This document shows positions 26,801-35,942 of a stretch of 64,000 nt of DNA, piece after piece (positions within the stretch are counted from its first letter, which is position 1; every line of letters begins with the position of its first letter). The notes below the pieces were generated by a model. The model was not told the DNA's origin. It saw nothing but the letters and a program-made list of their open reading frames with translations, and did not search any database. Source of the DNA: Eledone cirrhosa (Eukaryota). The stretch spans positions 390,662,001-390,726,000 of the forward strand of contig OZ024741.1 in the NCBI GenBank assembly GCA_964016885.1, in the 5' to 3' direction. The position numbers were made by a program, and so were the translations under genes.

Positions 26801-27800
26801 ATCTATCCTTAAGTTCGTATGGCAACCCCGATTGGAGTGCGTAAGCTGATATGATTGTGGCAATTGTTTTATTCAGGACTAGTTTGAGTTTAATGATTCT
26901 TGCGTTCACCCTGTTTACTGAGATTACTTTATCAACCCATTTGTCAGCTAATAGTATACCTACACCACCCATCCCATTGCCATTTCCCACCCAGAAATAT
27001 TTGTAGCACTGACTTTTGCCTACAAGGACTCTAGCAGACTCTCCTCTCCCTCTAGTCTCTTGCACACAGCATACATCAATTTCCTTTCGCTCTAGCATCT
27101 CTATGATCTCTCCTGCTCTTCCTTTCATTGTGCTTACATTGATGGTTTCAACTCGGAGTTTTGGACATTTGCCATCATTCATGGGAAAGGGTGAAATTTT
27201 GCGGGGAGGGGGTATGCTTCCTGTCTCTGAATTAAAGCTTTGCATGGGTGCTTGGTAACATGCGGATTCATATTCATTTATTAATTCGGGTTTGCCCCAT
27301 TTATCCTCAGCTCATCCATACATAACGGTAAAAGAATTCAGGGCTAGAAGGACAGTAGTAGTAATAATGGCAGGGTTTGTTGGGGATGGTAAAGGCTAGA
27401 AGAAAAGTAGTAGTAATAGTAGTAATGGCAGAGTTTATTAGGTTGGTAATGGGTTGGGGGGGGGGGGGGGGGGACATGTGCTGCGGTTTGATTGGTCGAA
27501 TAGGCTATGGTGGTGTGAGAGGATGGACGGGAGGGAAATTGTGAGATAGGTAGCCAGCATGGCCTATAGCATCCCAGGAGATTTGGGTGAAATAATCCGA
27601 TACAAGTATGCATATTAGACAAGGCGAATATGTTAGGATTTCGAAGATTTTCCTCTAGCTTTGTAAACCTTGAAAAGAGAGAGGAAGAGAGGTAATGGGT
27701 AAGGGGATAGATGACTTTCATAGAGATAGAGTCATAATAGCCAATGTGGGAAAAACAAGAGTAAAAATACATGTGTTGTGAAGGCAAGCAAAGTGAAAAT
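23884..27800 (-). mobile_element. RTE subfamily C, near full-length, decayed (5' UTR, APE, RT, PHD, 3' UTR)
   Basis: ORF pieces 26754-27245 (ETINVSTM, CVQET), GDFNGHVG, SQIDF, TWWWN, HQGSVLSP, YADD; PHD at ~24815-24950. The 5' UTR is homologous to 52600-53110 and the 3' UTR to 53700-54200. Confidence 0.9.
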
Positions 27801-27846
27801 AGCAACAATAATAATTGTTTCTACTTATGGCACAAGGCCACCAATG

Positions 27847-28493
27847 AAAAACCAGTATGACTCTAAAAACCGGTTTGTCTGTGTGTTTACATACAGAATA
27901 GCTGGATACTCACAGTAAAGTAACCAGTGAAAGACTTGGTACATCTACATATGTATACGTGTGTGTATTCATATGCATACTAGTATTTCAGTATACATAT
28001 GTGGATGTACATTTTTAACTTAATTGTTTAAGCGTCAGTCATACAAAAGTGAGTTACAAACGAAACGAAATTTAATTTTGTTTCGTTATTTGTTTTTATC
28101 GTCTCCGTTGAACCGGTACGTACTCTCACACTATGCAAATTAGTCTGCCCACTACTAATTTTCATAGAAAAAGCATATAACGATATGTGCTTTTACGATT
28201 CTCCAGAAAGGCCGGTAGATAGGTAAATATTGCTGATGAGTTGTAACAACAACGAAACTAGTTCAATATTCCTTGTCTGGCTTTCTGGAGAATAGAGGAA
28301 AGGCGTTTCCTCAAAAACCAGTATGACTCTAAAAACCGGTTTGTCTGTGTGTTTACATACAGAATAGCTGGATACTCACAGTAAAGTAACCAGTGAAAGA
28401 CTTGGTACATCTACATATGTATACGTGTGTGTATTCATATGCATACTAGTATTTCAGTATACATATGTGGATGTACATTTTTAACTTAATTGT
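27847..28493 (+). mobile_element. Terminally redundant non-coding hammerhead element (family H2; 466-nt period)
   Basis: Perfect 181-bp direct repeat (27847-28027 = 28313-28493) with a hammerhead in the unique part. Ends in (TA)n. Confidence 0.85.
28198..28293 (+). ncRNA. Minimal type I hammerhead ribozyme with palindromic stem III and extended stem I
   Basis: aatattg-CUGAUGA(28233-39)-gttg taacaa caac-GAAA(28254-57)-CUAG-UU-caatatt. The distal stem attctccagaaag/ctttctggagaat is 13 bp perfect. Confidence 0.88.
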
Positions 28494-28588
28494 ATATATA
28501 TAATATAATATATATATAATATAATATATATATAATATAAAATATATATATAATATAATATATATATAAAATATATATATAATATAAT

Positions 28589-29260
28589 CATCATCATCAT
28601 CATCATCATCAACGTTTAACGTCCGTGTTCCACGCTTGCATGGGTTTGGACGGGGGTAGTCCCACTTGAGGCAAGAGTGATTGTCTTGCTCGCATAGGAC
28701 TGTCTGGCAGGTTTTCTACAGTTGGATGCCCTTCCTAACACCAACCACATTTACAGTGTGGGTCTGGGAGGTTTTTACCGTGTTGCCTACACGGCCACAT
28801 TACAGCGTGGACTGTGTGTTTTTTTGTCGTGACACCTACACGATCTCATTTGTTTCGGCCTCGATGGCGCGGCACCAACATAACTTTACATAGAACGGGG
28901 TGGTGTGGATGGGGTGGGGGTGGTGGTGGTGGGACGGGGTGTATTTTGTTAGAGATGCCTACTGGCTGGAGTAGGTTTTACTATATATTTAGGTAAGGCG
29001 GGTCTTCTCTGTTACTGAGTACCGCCAAAGGTCTCGGTCCAGTGACATTGTCTTGGAGAGGTGTAAGTGTGTGATGTCGGAGTTTATCAGCTCGTCCCAG
29101 GTTTTTCTAGGTCTGCCTATTCCGTGACTACCGTCTATCTTTATTGCCCTGCACTTTGTTATACAGCTATCGACTTTCATGCGCATCACGTGTCCATACC
29201 AACGTAGCCTTCTCTCGAGTAAACAACATCTGATCCCTCTTATCTCTAATTTATTCCTTA
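28589..29260 (-). mobile_element. RTE subfamily A 3' fragment (young)
   Basis: Nearly identical reverse complement of ~37715-38386, with a (CAT)n tail and TA-rich flanks. Confidence 0.95.
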
Positions 29261-29278
29261 TATATATAATATAATATA

Positions 29279-29593
29279 GCACATGGAGGCACATGGCTTT
29301 GCAATCTAAAGGTTGTGAGTTCAATTCTCAGACCGGGTGATGTGTTGTTTCCTTGAGCAAGACACTTTATTTCACATTGCTCCAGTTTACTCAGCTGTAG
29401 AAATGAGATGATAGGGACTGGGGTCCATATCATTCCACTGTAAAGTGGTCGTGGAGGTGCCATGGAAAAAAGCACCCAGCACTCACTGTAAATGAGGTTG
29501 GTGTTAGGAAGGGCATCCAGCTGTAGAAATCAATGCCACCCTTGCAAGCAGGGAAAAGCGGACGTACAATGAAATGAAATGAAATGAAATGAT
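29279..29593 (+). mobile_element. SINE family 2 variant (box A deleted, (GAAAT)n tail)
   Basis: Matches the reverse complement of 33641-33987 with two small deletions. Confidence 0.9.
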
Positions 29594-29611
29594 ATATATA
29601 TATATATAATA

Positions 29612-30510
29612 TTAGCAGTGGTACCCGGCGTTGCACGGGATAAGGTATTTTGGAACGCGGGCCGCCAACAGACCTAATCATAGAAAAACTGCATGCGTGG
29701 ACAATATGTAAAGAAAATAAACCGAATACTCTGATGGCTGGATAATCTTTAAGATTTTCCTCGATGAAGCAGGAAAAATGCAGGTTTTCACCAAGGGGTC
29801 AAGAAAATGAATTTTCTTTATGTGCATAATATGCCTTGAAATTTCAGGAAAATCGGCTAGATGTAACGCCTCCAAAAAACCCTACAAAGCTGAAAAAATA
29901 AAGTTTTTCACCTAAGCCCTAGGCCATAAAAAAGTTGGATTTTCTTTGCTCACGGTATGAAGAAGAGACCGACTAATACATAGTTACAATTTCAAAGAAA
30001 CCAGTCTGATGTAACGACTCAAAATAACCCTAAAAACCTGAAAAAACGCAGTTTTTCAACTAATGTGGGTCCTAGGGGATCAAAAAGTTGAATTTTATGT
30101 GCATAACACTCCCTGAAACATAAGTAATACATATGTAAAGTTTGAAAAAAGTCGGTTGAGTACTTCTCGAGTTTTAGGGATTCAAACTCACAGACACACA
30201 CACACACAGACCGACATCCTCAGGGAAGTGGCATAATGCAGACAGCCAGACAGATATTATAAGGGCGCGACGTTATATGTATGTATCTATCTAAAAAGAG
30301 AAAGACTAAGAATTATAGAGAGAGATCGCTAAATCGCCTAATGCGGAGGGCATTGAAAATTTGAAATTTGTTTTGCTCAGAACACTCCTTGAAACATAAG
30401 TATTACATGTGAAAAGTTTGAAAACAGTCGGTTGGGTGCTTCTCTAGTTTTAGAGATTCAAACTCACACACGCACACACAGACAGACATCCTCAGTTTTA
30501 TATATAAAGA
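29612..30510 (-). mobile_element. Non-autonomous Helitron (composite, duplicated 5' segment)
   Basis: On the minus strand it starts TCtttatatataaaactg and ends with hairpin cccgtgcaacgccggg plus CTAA|T. 30087-30222 and 30357-30495 are internal repeats. Confidence 0.8.
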
Positions 30511-31095
30511 CTAGCAGAATGGCTCGGCGTTGCTTGGGATTTGCTCTAGGGTTCTTATATATTTGATATATATTTATCCTTATCGAGCCTCGTGAAATAA
30601 ATACGTTTGTTTATATTTTGTTTTTGTGTATGCAAAAATATCGGTACACAAATATCTATATTAAAATAACATATTAATGTTTAAGCAAAGAATCGCTGCT
30701 TTCAACCTTAACGGGATCTTGTTAAACTAAAAAAATCAATCTGGCAAACAGGAAGCCGATACTTTGGTTCGTGAAGACGTTCCTGGCTTAAGAATATATA
30801 TACACACTGATCGCGTCATAATGACGTAATGCCGACAGTCAAGCATACAGACAGGTGCGACGTCATACCTATGTATCTATCTAAAAAGAGAAAGACTAAC
30901 AGAAAGAAAAAGATCTCTAAATCGCTTAATGCGGTCCCTAGGGCATTGAAAATTTGAATTTTTTTTTTGCTCAGAACACTGAATAGGACACATAAGTATT
31001 ACATGTGTAAAGTTTGAAAAAAAAACGGTTGGGTACTTCTCGAGTTTTAGGGAAACAGACACAGATACAGACATCCTCTGTTTTATATATATAGA
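30511..31095 (-). mobile_element. Non-autonomous Helitron, head-to-tail with the previous one
   Basis: Starts TCtatatatataaaac and ends cccaagcaacgccgag...CTAG. 30855-31095 resembles 30265-30510. Confidence 0.8.
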
Positions 31096-31134
31096 CTAGC
31101 AGAAAACCACCCGGTGGGTGGTTTTCTGCTAGTC
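31094..31134. repeat. Perfect palindrome of a Helitron 3' end
   Basis: gactagcagaaaaccaccc-ggt-gggtggttttctgctagtc (19-bp arms). Confidence 0.92.
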
Positions 31135-31329
31135 GATATATATTTAACACACACACAAACACACAAACACAAACACATATATATATATATATATATATAT
31201 ACACCCATGTTCATATTTTGAGATGCATTATTCTCAAATCAGATTATTATCTCTGACAGGAAGAACCAGTTTATAATTTTTAAGAAAAAGTAACCATACA
31301 GACATATTTTAGGAAACTTATGAATTCCT

Positions 31330-31520
31330 GTACACACACACACAAACAAACACTTACACAGATACACACAGACACACACGCATACAGACACATACGCTAA
31401 CACACACATACCATACACACACTCATACATACACGCTAACACACACATACACACTTAAACCTATATATATGTATATATATAGAGAGACACACATAATATA
31501 CATATATAATATATATATAT

Positions 31521-31571
<51 letters not shown>

Positions 31572-31755
31572 CACACACACACACACAACACACCCATATA
31601 TAAAACACACACACGTACACATATACACACAGATAACACACACACACACATACACACACGCACACATACACACACACACACATAATACACACACACATAC
31701 ACACACACACATACACACACATAACACACACACACACATATATATATATATTATA
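31330..31755. repeat. (CA)n/(TA)n compound microsatellite
   Basis: Direct reading. Confidence 0.95.
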
Positions 31756-32005
31756 TACTCAGCCCCAGTGAGTTGGTTAAAACACCAAAAGCCAGTCTTA
31801 AAGTTGTCTGTAAATTCAAAGAACTCGGCTGTCTGGCTAGATCTCCATGGTAACTACTCCAAGGTCGCGCGTGCCATGGCTGGGAACGCAGGTGTCACGT
31901 GCTGGCCTAGAATGCTGGTTGTTGGAATCAGTGGTCAACGACATAACATATATATTATGTGTGGAATAGTATAAATATTTCTTCATATTTACTAACATAT
32001 ATATA

Positions 32006-32184
32006 TTTGTTTCTACTTTAGGCACAAGGCCAGCAATTACTCAGTGCATTACTGGTACTTTATTTTATCGACCCCGTAAGGATGAAAGGCAAAGTCAACC
32101 TCGGCGGGATTTGAACTCAGATCGTAAAGTGACGTAACTATGCTGGAAAGCATGGCGTCCGACCCTCTACCTATACTGCCAATC
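32006..32184 (-). mobile_element. SINE family 1
   Basis: Reverse complement of 9088-9284. Confidence 0.88.
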
Positions 32185-32289
32185 TTTATATATATATATT
32201 ATTAATATATTACATACGTACATTTATTTATATACATATATATATATATATATATATTATTAATATATTACATACGTACATTTATTTAT

Positions 32290-32335
<46 letters not shown>

Positions 32336-32351
32336 TAAAATAAAAGATTAA

Positions 32352-32402
32352 AGTTTAAGCAAAGAATCGCTGCTTTCACCCTTAACGGGATCTTCTGAAA
32401 CT
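32352..32402 (-). ncRNA. Hammerhead-like fold with one core substitution (family H3)
   Basis: agttt-CAGAAGA-t-ccc gttaa ggg-t-GAAA-gca...tgc-UU-aaact. A more decayed copy lies at 30661-30730. Confidence 0.55.
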
Positions 32403-32424
32403 AACCAATATATATATATATATC

Positions 32425-32630
32425 AGCTGTATAAAAAAGTGCAGGGCAATAAAAATAGACGGTAGCCACGGAGTAGGCAGACCCAGAAAAACCTGGGACA
32501 AGCTGATAAATTCCGACCTCACACACTTACACCTCTCCAAGACAATGTCACTGGACCGAGACCTTTGGCGGTACTCAGTAATAAAGAAGACCCGCCTTAC
32601 CTAAATACAAAGTAAAACCTACTACAGTCA
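32425..32630 (+). mobile_element. RTE subfamily A fragment (ORF end)
   Basis: SCIKKCRAIKIDGSHGVGRPRKTW...KTRLT*. Confidence 0.9.
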
Positions 32631-33100
32631 GAAGAGGGCAAACAGTTGTCATACTACTACAGAAGAGGGCAAACAGTTGTCCTTCAAAAACCATGATAAT
32701 TTCAAGGTCAATGCTAACATGAACTGCAAAACGAAAAACCTAATATATTGCGCAACATGTCCACAGTGTAAAGAGTATTACATTGGGGAAACCGGAACGG
32801 GATTACATGATAGAGTCCGGGTACATAAACAACAGATTAAAGACCCCCCAGTCAGAAATACCACATGTAGCGCACACTTTGCATCATGCGGGAAGGGAAA
32901 ATTCACAATCTTCCCTTTCTTCAAGATATGGTCGGATAACGAACATTTCCGCAGATATAAAGAAGAATTCTTCATTGAAAAATTTAAACCACTACTGAAC
33001 ACGAAAAAATGAATTAACACTCGGAGGTAAAATTCCATTTCACTACCCCCCCCCCCCTCTTCTTATGTATACACATGAATACCTGAATGAACGGTGAGAC
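32631..33100 (+). mobile_element. Penelope-like element 3' fragment encoding GIY-YIG endonuclease
   Basis: ORF 32677-33012: C-x4-LIYCATCPQCKEYYIGET...R...H...H...RRYKEEFFI...LN. Confidence 0.88.
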
Positions 33101-33104
33101 ACAC

Positions 33105-33162
33105 ACATATATGTGTGTAGGGATGTGTGGATGTATGTACGTGGGGGTATATATGTATGTGG

Positions 33163-33207
<45 letters not shown>

Positions 33208-33255
33208 TATGGTTGTGTGTATGTTTATGTGTGTGTGTATATATATATATATGTA

Positions 33256-33302
<47 letters not shown>

Positions 33303-34011
33303 ATGTGTATATATGTGTATATGTACATGTATGTATGTGTATGTTTGTATATATATATGTGTATATATATATATATATGGATAGATATGTATGTTTATGT
33401 GTATGTGTATGTACCTATATATATGTGTGTGTGTGTGTATGTATGTATGTGCATATATGTATATATGTGTGTACATATGTGTATGTTTCTGTTTGTGTAT
33501 ATGTATGTATGTAGATGTATGTGTATATATATGTATATATATGTATATATATGTGTATATGTGTCTTTATGTGCTCGTGTGTACGCACATATATATATAT
33601 GTATATATGTATGTGTGTATGTATGTGTGTGTATGTGTATCATCATCATCATCATCATCATCATTTTACGTCCGCTTTTCCCTGCTTGCAAGGGTGGGAC
33701 GGGAACTGATTCTGGCTTGGTTTCTACAGCTGGATGCCCTTCCTAACACCAACCTCATTTACAGTGAGTGCTGGGTACTTTTTTTCCGTGGCACCTCCAC
33801 GACCACTTTGCAGTGGAATGATAGGGACCCCAGTCCCTATCATCTCATTTCTACAGCTGAGTAAACTGGAGCAATGTGAAATAAAGTGTCTTGCTCAAGG
33901 AAACAACACATCACCCGGTCTGAGAATTGAACTCACAACCTTTTGATTGCAAGGCCAATGCTCTAACCACTAAGCCATGTGCCTCCATATATGTATATAT
34001 GTATGTATGTA

Positions 34012-34070
<59 letters not shown>

Positions 34071-34258
34071 GTACATGTATGTATGTACTTGTATGTGTAT
34101 GTGTATGTGTATATATATATATATATATATGTGTGTATATGTATGTGTATATATGTGTATATGGATATGTATGTATGTGTATATGTATGTGTATATGTGT
34201 GTATGTGTCTGTATGTGTTTATGTGTACATATGTGTATATGTATGTGTATGTATGTAT

Positions 34259-34300
<42 letters not shown>

Positions 34301-34495
34301 GCCTCTCTCTTTATATGTGTATATATATATAGATGTATGTGTGTAGGTGTGTGTGTGTATGCATGTATGTGTGAACGGAGGGGTATATATACGGACATAT
34401 GTATATGTATGTGTGTGTATACACGTGCGTGTGTGTGTGTGTGTATGTGTGCGTGTATGTGTATATATATATGTGTGTGTGTGTATGTGTATATG

Positions 34496-34574
<79 letters not shown>

Positions 34575-34775
34575 GTGTATATATATATATATACCCATGT
34601 GGAGGTATGAGTACATATTCGTGTGTGTACGTATGTGTATGTGTGTTTTTATATGCGTCTCTATATGTTTTTGTGTATGTATTTGTACATGGGTGTGTGA
34701 TTGATGGTGTGTGCCTATATATTCCTACATATGCCCGTGTGTGTATGTACGTATATGCGCACATATGTGTGTGTT
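33105..34775. repeat. (TG)n/(TA)n compound microsatellite containing a SINE
   Basis: Direct reading. ORFs here are low-complexity artefacts. Confidence 0.95.
33641..33987 (-). mobile_element. SINE family 2, full-length young copy
   Basis: tRNA head, CORE-like block, perfect hairpin atgatagggac-ccca-gtccctatcat and RTE-B 3' end. Confidence 0.92.
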
Positions 34776-35377
34776 GAACAAAGGACTAACTTTGGGATGG
34801 ACGTAGAAAAATTCTTCAGGAAAAAAAGAAAAGAATAATTATTCACAAACTTGACAGGTGCGATTTGCCTGTGACCATTCTCAACACAAAAGCAATACTA
34901 AAAGCTTTTTCCCCTGAATAAAGGAATTTTTCGAGAATGACCGGGGCAGGCCGCACTTGCTACATTTCTCCCCACCCAACCCTACTCACAGTCTCAACTC
35001 ATTACTGCTATGAACACTTTTTCAACACACCTACACCCATGCACTTATTAAAGGGGGAGAAAAGAAACCCCCACCACACTACAGACATGTTAAATCCCTC
35101 TATATAGAACAACACACCACATACACATCAGTTTGACAAGCGCACCTCAGCGTGAAAGGTCTTTCTAAAAACGAAACAATACCTCCTACGTTAACCAAGA
35201 ACTCCTAAGACATAACCAACAACCAACAACTTAATTTATAAAATAATTTTTTTTAAGAAAAATTCTTTTTGGATTTTGTGAAGAAAATAAATTTGTTGAG
35301 AGCACAAGTGAAGCCATTTTTTCTTCCCGCCTGTCTTAATATACCTAACTGTACCAAGGATTACACACATTTTCCAA

Positions 35378-35942
35378 TATTATATATAATATATATATAA
35401 TATATATTATATATAATATATATATAATATATATATAATATATATATAATATATATATAATATATATAATATATATATTATATATAATATATATAATATA
35501 TATATTATATATAATATATATATAATATATATATAATATATATATAATATATATTATATATAATATATATATTATATATATATAATATATATATTATATA
35601 TATATAATATATATATAATATATATTATATATATTATATATAATATATATATTATATATATAATATATATATAATATATATAATATATATATAATATATA
35701 TATTATATATATATTATATATATATTATATATATATTATATATATATTATATATATATTATATATATATTATATATATATTATATATATATTATATATAT
35801 TATATATATATTATATATATAATATATATATAATATATATAATATATAATATATAATATATATAATATATATATAATATATATATAATATATATAATATA
35901 TATATAATATATATAATATATATATAATATATATATAATATA
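35378..35942. repeat. Pure A/T (TA)n-derived array
   Basis: Direct reading. Confidence 0.95.

Noticed and set aside
33014-34777. Many long ORFs rich in Y/I/C/V/M (also 40216-47315 and 49880-50620)
   Set aside because: These are translations of (TA)n/(TG)n microsatellites, not genes.
34776-35375. Non-repetitive segment between microsatellites, possibly a TE end
   Set aside because: No motif I can assign with support.
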